Made by a program: the position numbers and the translations under genes. The notes beneath the pieces were generated by a model. The model was not told where the DNA came from. It saw only the letters and a program-made list of their open reading frames with translations, and did no database searches. DNA of 64,000 nucleotides from Lingula anatina (taxonomy: Eukaryota; Animalia; Brachiopoda), in the NCBI GenBank assembly GCA_051362555.1, contig CM120646.1, positions 13,516,001-13,580,000 on the forward strand. Direction: 5' to 3'. Positions 53,001-64,000 of this stretch are shown here, piece by piece; the stretch's first letter is position 1, and the number at the start of each line of letters is the position of its first letter.

Positions 53001-56000
53001 AAAGGACTGTTTTAAAAATATTCTAGGTTAATTATTGTGCTTATAATAAGATTTTCAAAAAGGAAAAGAACAATAGCTTTAAGGCCCATGCATGTGTTTG
53101 TACAGAAAATGCCCGACATAAACATTTCAGTTACATTTGACAACCATTATGATGATTCTTACAGGATAAATTCAAACCCAAGCTGAAGACTGAAATTCCA
53201 ATGATTACCTTAAATTTATCAAAATTGACTTATCAAAAAACATCCTTTTATTTTTTCACTTATTGTACCTCAAAATGAACCCATGCCTATATTCACTCTG
53301 TTGTGAGTACGCTGAAAACAGTGCACTTACTCATATCACATTTTTGCTCTTTGATCTCCATCTCAATGGCATCCCTCTCTGCCTTGATGGCCTCCACCTG
53401 CTGCATCAGTGTTCTCAACTCCTTCACTGTAGGGCTGTCCTTCAGGGCTGCAGCAGGGCTGGCAGACGGCAGGGCACTTTTTAATTCCTATGTGTAAATA
53501 TGTAAATTAATAAATTAACATACAAACACACACATTAGGCTAGCGTTTCTTGTTCTTCACCATTTTAGGCAATTTCATAACTGAACTGGAAATTATGAGC
53601 AATAAATAGCAATGATTAAAATGTTTAATAAAATATTGGTAAAAGGAGCTGTTGGCATCGAGCCTGCATTTCCATTGAAGAAACAGAACAGTGAAAGTCT
53701 GCAATACATGCTAAAGATTATTAAAACAGATTTTCATATACTGCATCAGCCTGTGAGATAAGAACAAGTTGACTGTGATAAAGTGAAAAAAAATGTCATA
53801 AAAAGTAGAATTTTACCCCTGGGTTGCTCAAAAGCTTAATTGCTCTCTCATTTTCACTGTATTTGGCTTTCACAATCCCATCTGCCTTGATGGCATTGTC
53901 TAAAATTCCTTGGTATTTAGCTGCCTCTGCTCGTATTGGCTCCGTCAGCTTTATAGATGGCGTTCTTGTCCACCTTTCCTTGAACTGTTGTCTGAGCTGA
54001 TCATCTGATGCTTGCTCCTCATCAAGTAATTTTATTGCCTGAAACAGAATTAGATTACAATGTGAATAAATAAATAATATAAAATATATAAATAAATATT
54101 GAAAATAGGTACATTTCCAGATGAATAATGATGATTCAAACAAACAGCTGTAATACCTACTTTATTTTTTTTAACTGTATTACTTTAATAGTGTTTGATA
54201 TGGCAATGTAATACTTATTTCACAAACCATACTAGTACATAAAATGCATTTTTTTACATCCATTTTTAGATTTCATGCTTACACTGTTACAGTTACTGTT
54301 ACATAACAAAGGCTTAATAAAAACTGCGGCAGAAATTGGACTTGGTTTGCAAAATGTTAAATGATTAAGATGAAGAAGAAGATTAATTCTGCAACCTTAG
54401 ATCTGCCTGGCAACACTGCAGGTAAAAAAAAAAGAACTAGTACAATCAGGTAGTTTTACCTCCCCAAGTATCTCCCTATTTCTTGCCAATGATTCTGGCA
54501 GATCCTGCATCAGTTGAGCTATGTGGTTTATTCCTCCCTCCGACTGAACTTTCTGCGCCTTTTCCATCAAAGATGGTGGCACATCGCTCCCTGAGAAATC
54601 CTCTATTGATGCAGGAAGGTTCAAAGAGGCCAGAACACTGGAATCACATTGGATTGTGTTGGATGAGATACATGTCAATAAGCAATTGTGTTACATGTGA
54701 TAAATGTCTAGAAACAATTGTGTCAGATATCATAAGATACACATCTTGAAGCAATGGTATGAGATTACATGAATTTCAAGTAATGATATGTAATAAGTAG
54801 CAACAATGTTTATTTTAGGTAAATGGCAAATGAAATGTAACTGGAAGAAGTATGTTAATTGTTTACTGTGCAAGTTACTGATCCCAAAACCATAGTGCTG
54901 AGCTGCTTGAAATAAAGTGCAGGACTCTTTTAGACTAAAATATGAAATCATTGAGGATATATCTGATAATTTTATGTATCCCATGTAAAATGGTTGCACA
55001 TATTTTCACTTCAATGAATATTTTTTTTCTTCCAGTCTCTACTTATCAAATGACTGCACTACCACATATTTGTATTCTTACCTGTTCATGAGCTGTGTCT
55101 GCTCTCGTAGCTTGCCCACAGCCATCTGTACCACCTGTTCCTTCTTGTTCTCGTGGGTCATCAGAGCCTGGTGGACATTCAGAGGAACTAGCTTCTCAAA
55201 CAAATCTGAAGACATTAACATATTTGGTTACATTCACCTCCCACGATAGATTAACATATTAGGTTCTTATACTTCAAAGAAGTTTTCAAAAAGAAAAAAA
55301 AGTGATAATTGGAGAATAATTTGGTCATTCAGCAGGGATAGCCTCTTTAGAAAAGTCTACAGAAAAATAAAACTGTTCATGTTTACTCAAACAAGCCTTA
55401 AAAGACACTAGAATATTTTGGAGTCAGTAGAACTAACTTTCTCAAACAAGTCTGAAGAGACATACATAAATCACTCTAGGATTATCTACTTACAACCCTA
55501 AAACCACTATATGATATTTTTGACTTTCAATGCTACCATTTTTTTTCAAATTTTTCTGACAGTGAGCATTGGTATACATTCAAATAAACACAATGTTTAT
55601 TAACTACTTAATTATTCTTTAGTTTGATAAAGAATACTGACATAGTAAACTTCTGTATTCCCAGGCTTACAGTTAATTTAAAGGCCAAAATGTACACAGC
55701 GACATTAACAAATAAACAAATAATGATATCATATGTTTCAAATATATTTAAATTGCTTAGCTCCCTGTATAAAATTCTAGTTAAGCACCTTTGAAATCAC
55801 TTCCCATAGGAGAAGCTATAGGAATTGCTTTGGCTACAGGTGCTTTCCCTATGGGATCCAGGTTACCCCTGCTTGGAATCTTATCATGGTAGATAAAGTT
55901 GTTGTCCTTTTCTGCCGAATCCAAAGCACGCTGTATTTTAGCCATTTTTTCTGAGAAGTTCACTTCTTTGCCACCCCTGGTAACTGCAGCTTGCATTAGC

Positions 56001-57563
56001 TCTTTGGCATGCTGAAATTATAATAGGAAGAAGAAGATTAAGACAATTAACATCTTGGAAATATTTAGAGAATATGTATCAAATCTTTTAAAGGGAGAGA
56101 CTTTTTTAACATCTATGCATCTGTCTAACATGAAAAATCATGTACTGTATGGAATACACTGGCCTTTGGTCTATAGTTAAGATTTACCCACAGTCAATCT
56201 ATCAATGATTAACCTGTGCTCTGTAGTCTAGCTGTCAGACTGAGAGGCATGCCCTCTGTCTAATGTTTCCCATTGTCAAACTATCTGAGATTTTCCCAGT
56301 CTATTTGTTTGAGTATTTCCCATTGTCCAGCAATCCAAGATTTACATGCAGCCTAGCTATTCAAGATTGGCCTTTAGTCCAGCTACTAGCTGTCTATATA
56401 TTTACATATAGTTCACCTACCAGTTGTCTATAAATTTACCTGTAATCTAGCTATCTCCTCCCCATATGCGTGGTTCTGCTGACACACCATGGCCTGGTGA
56501 TACTCTGCCATGGCATGGTACGCTGCCTGTTTTCCCGCTGTGACGCTGATCCAGTTGGGCGGCCATAGCTCTCTGATGGAGTACATCTGCAGCTGTCTCA
56601 TAGCCTCCGCGTATAGGTCTGAGCACTGGTTACAGAGCTTGGCTGTAACAGCGTCCTTCATTTTATCTTTGAAAGGAAAAAAAAGAGACAGTTAACTTTG
56701 GTAGATAATACTAGCCGAAAAAATACCATTTTAATAATTCTGAAAATGCAAATGTCTGTCCTACCTTCAATTCCTTCAGGCAGTAGCTCAAACTGTAGTT
56801 TCTTGCAGTTTTCAGGTAAGTGTTTCCATTTTTTTCATGTGGTAAATAGCATACATTTACTTCATTTGACATTGGCAACCATTTTATTATTTTCATACCA
56901 TTTTGTTGCCTTTTTTCATATTACAGTTTAGTTTTGGGTTAAGTTCAAAAGTTACCTGCAATAGCTTTCAGGCAGTTACGCTTCTGGGTGTGTGTTAATA
57001 AGAAAGCTCTCTAGGAGTGGGGAATCACCTACATACCTGCAATAGCTTTCAGGCAGTAGCTCTCCTGGGCATGTGCTAATAAGAAAGCTTTCTAGGAGTG
57101 GGGAATCACCTACTTACCTGCAATAGCTTTCAGGCAGTAGCTCTCCTGGGCATGTGCTAATAAGAAAGCTTTCTAGGAGTGGGGAATCACCTACTTACCT
57201 GCAATAGCTTTCAGACAGTAGCTCTCCTGGGCATGTGCTAACATGAGAAGCTGGAGTGCAGTCAAGGTATCTGTGGTAAGATCTGGGGTGGTTCCTTGTG
57301 GTACTAGGGACATCACACTCTCACTAAGGTAAGTATATATGCCTGCTGCTTGCTGAAAGTTATATATGAAACATTTTTATTGGCTTCACATGCAGACATA
57401 ACTGAACTTGGCAATACTTCAATCTTTTACTTCGGTAATGGGTTTGAAAAGTCACTTGCCAAAACAATGTTGTGGTTTGTACAAGGAGGTTTTAACTTGC
57501 ATCCTGAAAACCAACAGTTGAATCCAACAGTATAGAACAATGATATTTCTTCATATACACGTG

Positions 57564-57595
<32 letters not shown>

Positions 57596-57615
57596 CTTTC
57601 TCTCTCTCTCTCTCA

Positions 57616-57700
<85 letters not shown>

Positions 57701-59339
57701 GAATATCATATCTACCTGATACATTTTTGCACTCATTTTCAGTCCCTCATCTGACTCATGGTTTTGAAGCTGTCCTATTTGGCTTTGAAGTGCTGCTATG
57801 TTGAACAGTAAACACACTTTCTCATAAGCAGCCGAGGAAATACCTGGAATATAGGAAGAATTACATCACATACCATCAAGAAACGCTTAGAAAAGACAAT
57901 TATATTCTTCACAAATTTCCCTTCCACTGGTTTCAAATTTGTACAAAATGGTATGGTAACTAGTCGGTGACATTAGCCTCCAATCTCAGGCTAACGGCTG
58001 TTAATTTTGTATCATAAAAATATTGGATTTTACAAAGTTACTAGTCCAACAGAGTTAGTGGGAATTTTAAAAAAATGTTCTAGATTGTTTTCTGTTTTCT
58101 ATAATTTCATATTTGGGCTTTTATATTTCAATCAGACAAGCGTTTTCTGACATGCACGCCTGGGTTTATGCCCAAACACCACTTACTTAGTGTGTTCTTT
58201 CCACCAAAAAAAGTCTCTTTATCAAATGCATCTTGCCATTTGAAATTAATACGGATCTAAAATAAGGAATGAAAAAAATAAAAGAAATACTTAGATGATG
58301 ATAATGTTCAAAGTATTACAGAGTACAAGTACAAACCAAAGTTACACTAGATATAATTTATCATTTCAACACAGTTATAAAAGTATGTTTCCATACTTTA
58401 TTAACAACAAGGTGAATATCTTAAAAGTTAATTATCAACAAAACATTATAGGTGAACATCAACAAAATAATATTCAACTACCCTACCTGGTTTTCTGCTA
58501 TGGGAAGTTTTGCCTCAATTGCTACTAACTGGTCGTGGTATCTAAAAAATAATATTTTATATATAAAAAAAATTTAAAACATAAGTGATTATTAAACAAT
58601 AAAAAAGAAATAAGAAGAATGGTAACATTGTTGCAGTTTTCAATACTATAAAACATACCAATTCCTTGGTATTTTTTCACCATTCTTACATTGTAAATCA
58701 TAACATTTCATGCTAGTTCATTCACTTCTTAAAAACCACATACTACATAGAAAGTGAAATCTCTGGAAGCCATGACAAACTTGAAGGTCATTTATATATA
58801 ATTTATCCATTCTTACCTTTTTTTGCTAGTTGTGTATTCTTTTACATGAATGAATTGTCATGGCTTGTCAACGAGATAATGCTACTTTCCAAACTAATTT
58901 TCATGTTGAAAGTATTTTCTTTTTATGGCATTAGTCTTAAAACATTCTAGATGCTATAAACTGTGTCTTATTACTGAAAAACTTAAAAGGGGTTGTTTTG
59001 TGACTGTGATACAGAGTTTAAAAGGATAAAATTTTTGTTTCGGTCAAAAAATGTTTTTTTCCTTGGGTAAATGGCAATTTCCCATACTACCCAATGGTTA
59101 ATGATTCCATTCTAACATTCAAAGTTAGTCTATGTTTTTAACTAAAAAGTTTGGTTTATATTACTACGGAGTAAAGACAAATGTCCACGTGGTCTAATGG
59201 CAAGCACAGATTCCACAAAAATTCCGATAACCTCTGTTTTGGTGGTAAAATGGAATTAATTATATTTCTATGTGTTGTTTACAATGTATTGGTCATGAAA
59301 TATTTATCTCATGCGAACAGTTGTTATCCCTTTGAGTTT

Positions 59340-59391
<52 letters not shown>

Positions 59392-59988
59392 CAGATTTTG
59401 TTTTATATACAGTATGTACAAAATAAGTCAGTCAATGGTATTTGCAATCAGGTCTCCACTGATGAAATGAGTTTGTCGTAGTTTAGAACTAACTATAATA
59501 ATTACCATGCTTACCTCAAACACACGTTAATGCTGACTGTACATAGCAATGCACACACACTGTCATGTAAGCATGAGTCATGTCCAAGTAGATTGAAAAC
59601 AATAAAACATTTTCTTCATCTAAATTACTAGTAGTACATGTCCCTGTATATTTAATTTTTGAAATAATATAAAGCCAACGCCCGTATTTTGACGTTGGTT
59701 AAAATTCACATATTTAATCTTATCAGGAAATACTGCCTTGATAATATTTTTAGTTGCTTATCATAGACTCAACACGTAAACTAACCGGTAGAGAACGTCT
59801 AAGGCGGATTCATGTCTGTCCATTGACTTGGATATCATCTGACTTCGCAATCTATCAAAATCTTTCAGAGCCTGGTTAAAATCCTCGATGTTATAGTCGG
59901 GGTACGTCGTCTGAATGAACCCCCGAAGAGGCCCAGCCATCTCGACTTCCCAGCACTTCTTCATAGGTACTGCAATGAAGTTCGCCAT
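50032..59988 (-). CDS. PDCD6IP: Programmed cell death 6-interacting protein (ALIX): Bro1, V and proline-rich domains
   Basis: 17 exons: 59988-59786, 58541-58487, 58256-58187, 57843-57716, 57352-57199, 56666-56440, 56011-55789, 55205-55082, 54637-54460, 54038-53817, 53487-53331, 52983-52835, 52576-52442, 51992-51830, 51507-51442, 50779-50639 and 50324-50032. Motifs [58 protein letters not shown]. Confidence 0.96.
50947..51283. mobile_element. Kolobok-like non-autonomous element in an ALIX intron
   Basis: TTAA TSD; TIRs AGGCATAATAACTCTT / AAGAGTTATTATTGCT; internal palindrome TTGTTAAAATCTCTTAAGAGATTTTAACAA; relatives at 63073-63712 and, degenerate, about 59020-59330. Confidence 0.75.
56952..57240 (-). 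repeat. 81-bp tandem repeat (about 3.5 units) spanning the ALIX exon 5 donor
   Basis: The exon end ...AAAGCTATTGCAG|GT recurs at 57199, 57118, 57037 and 56956. Confidence 0.92.
57565..57696. repeat. (CT)n(CA)n compound microsatellite
   Basis: Directly visible; a (GT)n run also lies at 59342-59386. Confidence 0.97.
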
Positions 59989-60288
59989 TTTGAAAAATGT
60001 TATGTCATGTGACCGGAGACGTCATTTGACCCCTGACCTACACTGGCCACTTCCTACTTATTTGGCCTACACAAGTGGCGGATTTAGGAGGTGTCGGGGG
60101 ATCCTGACCCAGGGGCGGATTTGGGCCGTCTACTGGGTCTTCCCTTTCTCAAGTTTTCATTGACGGGCATCTAATTTTTTCTGTCGGAAGACGGTCAAAA
60201 ATTAAATGGAGGCTGGATCAGTAAAGATAATTAATTTGGAAGACTGTCACCTGTCAGAAAATATCTCTGGATCCGCCTCTGACTGATC

Positions 60289-60534
60289 CTACCCCCCCCC
60301 CCCCTTCGATTTCTGAAAAAAAAAATCACACCAATGGTCCCGTTTTGAAATAAGAATGTTGACTAGCTGAAACATATAGTTATAAACCGTACCATGCAAA
60401 TGGCACCGCGTACGTATGTTCTCCCTCAAATACAAAATACCAATTTTTTCAGGAACTACGTGCCAAGGGAGGGGGGGGGGGGGCTTGCATCCGCGGACCC
60501 CCCCTCCCTTCAAATAATCCTGGATCCGCCCCTG
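60289..60534 (-). mobile_element. CAGGGGCGGATCCAGG-family element upstream of ALIX
   Basis: Ends CAAATAATCCTGGATCCGCCCCTG; homologous to 19868-20103. Confidence 0.7.
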
Positions 60535-60879
60535 ATCACACAAATCATGCATTCAAATATATTATATATTTGTGAATTCATAAATTGTATATATTGTAAT
60601 TTCACATTCGTGGGGTTAAATATGACACAATATATCGACAGAGTAAATAAGAATAATCATAGATCTAGATGAAAATAAAAAAAAAGTGATTTAGTTTTAA
60701 CCTAGAGTATAGAAATGAATAAATTAATTTATAAATAAATAGATGTTAATAAATAAATAAATATAAATTCCGTTTTTTCGGGTTTTCGGAAAGAATAGCC
60801 TTAAGTAAATTATATTTGAAGTAGTGTTTTGAAGCAAAGAGGTCTACCACAAAAAGAAACTGAAAGATCGACTGCATTG

Positions 60880-61130
60880 ATTGTGAATGCGTTAGCTGCG
60901 TCTTGGTGACCCGGAAGTGCTTCTGAAAAGAACGAACCCGTGGAATCTTCCAGCACAATCGTGGGCTGCATATATTTATTTTTGGCCTACCGCAGAAGCC
61001 GGTTATCGAAGTAGGGCGGTTGAGGAAAAGTCCAGAAATCCAGAGTTACACTTAAATACTGCCAAGCGGAGGAAAGAAGTCATTTGGACGAACTGAATTT
61101 AGGAGAAGTTTTCAAGTAAGCTTTGTTTGG
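60880..61130 (+). promoter_or_regulatory. Putative promoter and non-coding first exon of an unidentified gene divergent from ALIX
   Basis: CCGGAAGTG ETS motif at 60911, local CpG enrichment, candidate donors AA|GTAAGC (about 61116) and TG|GTAAGT (about 61130). No coding exon was recognised before the window end. Confidence 0.4.
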
Positions 61131-63072
61131 TAAGTTCATAGTCTTTTTGGTAAATGCCATAAAAAGCAACGGCTCATTTCATTTTAAACGTTGTTTACGC
61201 GCTTGGATTGCATACACTTTTTTGGTAACAATTGGAAGTTAAAAAAGGTCATGGCATCTGTAGGTAGGTAACAAAGAGGAGGGCGGCACGGCTTTTACTT
61301 CGTGCGACTTGAACTGGATATATTTTGGACAGCGTGTCCTTGACACATTAATTTCTGTTGCCATGCTGCCTCATTTGTAGGTTTTCAAGTTGAAATTATG
61401 TGAAAATGCAATCATCTGATTAGTCTTACATCTAATAAAAATTGAATGCAAAATTCTGCTGCAGTCAAATTGTAAACTAAAAAAATGACTTTGGTGTAAA
61501 TCACTTACATCTTTATTATTTTTATCATAATAATAATTATTATTATTATTAAGGTTTTGTATGAATAAAAGCAACAGCTGATTATATTTGAAATATATTT
61601 AACTTGTGAGATTGAATAAACTTGAGACTTGGAAAGCCCTAGTCATGCTTTCACTTTCGGTTTGTATTTAGATTTGTAATAAAGGAGCTCAGATATCGTG
61701 TGTATTGAAACTGCCCAGGGGATTTTTTTTTTTGTGACAGATCTAGCCCAATGTGTTCTATAGTTGGATATGACATCATGATTTCCTTTCGAAATCTGAA
61801 TTAAGAGTTTCAGGCCAGTTAACAGGCCAGTTAAAAATGGTTAAATGATATTATTTATAATTAACACCCTAGATGAAGGAGGCAATCAACTTTAAACACT
61901 GCTCAAGCATTAAGAACTGCAACATTGTTTGCACTTAAAAAAAAAAAAAAAAAAAGACTGGGAGAAAACATGGAAGATAGTAAATCTAAAAAAAATAAGG
62001 GTTTTTTCCGTTTGAATTACCAGGTGATTATAGATGTGTAGGGAACTTTAATTACTAACACTGGGCGTTGGGGAAGTGATTAAGTCATAGGAAATGGCAG
62101 CCATTATTTTATGATGGGCTAATTCTCCCGCTGGAATAGGTACCTGCATGGCAATGTGTGATCTGCATGCAAATACAAGACACACGAGCTCTTGGTTGAC
62201 CTGGTTTTATATGCTGCCATGATTATAAAATAAACCAAACAGGTCATTCAGGTCCTTATGTCTGGAAGTCATATAGTCATAAACAAGACGAGGTATAGGC
62301 TGAAAAAAGGTGCAATTTTTTTTTAAGAAGAAATAAATAAGTTACCTTAGCTTATTCCTTATTAATAACAATTTAGTTTGATTTCTCTATATGGGTTTAT
62401 TATTTTGTGAAGTTTTGTTAGTGATATAACAAATAACAAACCAAAAATGGACTGAAACAAGAGTTGCCTTTTTCTTGTAGTCTCATGCACCCCCCCCCCC
62501 CAAAAAAAAAAAAACAAAAAAAAAAAAAAGAACAAAAAAAAAGAAAAAAAGAAATTATAACAATTTAGTGTAATCCTATGGTTTAGAATACATGCAAGAA
62601 TTATGTTTACCGAAAAAACAGGAATTGAATTCGCAGATTTTCTATACTCTGAGTTTTAGATTAGTTGCTCAGTTAATGCAAAGACTTAGGTTGTAAATTA
62701 CATGAATTAGAAAGGTTAGTGTAATCCTGGCCTGAATAATAATAATAATAAAAAAACAAGAGTTCACAGGCTATGGAAAAATACAAGAGTAGTTATAAAG
62801 TTGCTAGACCTGGCTGAAAGGAGATATTATTTATCAGTTAACTCAGGAATTTTCTCCAAATATGTGGTTTCTGCAGTAGATACAGCTCAGACAGGTGTGG
62901 TGGAATTACTCATTCTCCAACCCGACTTACTGCAATATTTTACCTACTCTCTTTCACAGGCTCTGGAATATATCATTGCATTGTTACCTAGGACTGGGTT
63001 CCCACGTCTAGATCAATCTAATAGGATCGATCCATCTCCGAGGGGTTTCTCCCAAAATTGCTTTCAGCTTAA

Positions 63073-63712
63073 AGCAATAATAACTCTTCCTTTGAGATTC
63101 AAAAATCCGCAAGAAATACATTGTAAACAACGCATGGAAATATATTCTATTGCATTTTACCACTAAAACGGCCATTATTGTAGTAAAACTAAAATCTGTC
63201 CTTGTCAGAAGGGCTTTCGATGCCTTTCTTCCCAGTCATCAAGGCATTCGTTGCCAATGACGTTTGGGTGTCACGCGGATTCTCGCGTTCATTCGAGACC
63301 AAAATAACACATGGCACCAAACGCTAGTGCAGTTTGCAGACGTAAGTTGCGAGTTGTTGTATAGTGCGTCGGATAACGAACAGCCCAGAATGGCACACAT
63401 TGTGGATATAAATGCATTTTTAACAAAAAGACGAATATATATCATGAATCTTATATTATTGTTATATAGTGTTGTTGTTGTCTGCTTTTCCCGCGGTTTT
63501 AAGTAGGTCACCAGTGACTATGCAATGTCAGAGAGAGCTCCGTCAGTTAAAATCTCTTAAGAGATTTTAACAAAAAACCGTACGTTAAGGAAAAAAACCC
63601 TGGATTAACTTTGAATGCAGGAATGGGGTCGTTGACCAGTGGTATGTACGGGACAATTGCCGTTTTTTCCAGGAAATCCAATTTTTGGCCAAAACGAAGA
63701 GTTATTATGACT
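63073..63712. mobile_element. Kolobok-like element
   Basis: TTAA TSD; TIRs AGCAATAATAACTCTTC / GAAGAGTTATTATGACT; right half homologous to 51116-51283. Confidence 0.75.
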
Positions 63713-63814
63713 TTAAGCAGCTTAGATGTCTAGCATGTCTACTGAAGCTGCTAAACGATAATTAATCACTGCCTAGCAGCTTCAGTAGGCGGGACAGACA
63801 TCCAAGCCGCTTAA
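63713..63814. mobile_element. About 100-bp palindromic MITE abutting the Kolobok-like element
   Basis: TTAAGCAGCTTAGATGTCT...AGACATCCAAGCCGCTTAA with internal CTACTGAAGCTGCTA / TAGCAGCTTCAGTAG arms. Confidence 0.65.
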
Positions 63815-64000
63815 GTTGATTGCAATTTAGCAAGAATTCCCTTGTAGGTAGATCGAACCACGGTTAGTACGATAGGGTCTGGGAATGGCCCCTAGGTCAA
63901 AGGCATGCTAACATGCTATAATTCCTCCTAATTACCAGATCTCATGCACCTCTTTTTACTGCTCCGATATAGTCCTACTTGGCCGGATAGGTGTAACCTT

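Noticed and set aside
62801-63511. ORFs near the window end as coding exons of the divergent gene
   Set aside because: They overlap a Kolobok-like element and show no recognisable homology or clear splice sites.

Overview
AT-rich, intron-containing DNA from an invertebrate animal; the repeat types and gene set suggest a lophotrochozoan, possibly a mollusc (inference). Most entries in the ORF track are spurious, so genes were rebuilt exon by exon from GT-AG boundaries. From left to right: (1) 1.1-24 kb, minus strand: tandem array of four intact PLAC8/cornifelin-family Cys-rich genes plus one deleted pseudogene; (2) 28-35 kb, plus strand: class C GPCR of the GPR158/CG31760 type whose 5' exons cannot be found, so the PLAC8 array may be nested antisense in one of its introns; (3) 35.9-38.5 kb, minus strand: an intact 4-exon, about 118-aa PEX19 paralogue absent from the ORF track, made of only the C-terminal cargo-binding domain plus a CaaX box (top finding); (4) full-length PEX19 head-to-head with LRRC58; (5) PDCD6IP/ALIX with an 81-bp tandem duplication of an exon-intron junction; (6) a likely promoter and first non-coding exon of a further plus-strand gene. 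The window is dense with palindromic MITEs (Harbinger-, hAT-, Kolobok- and TA-target types), RTE LINE relics and a tRNA-derived SINE. No prokaryotic features such as CRISPR or rRNA are present.
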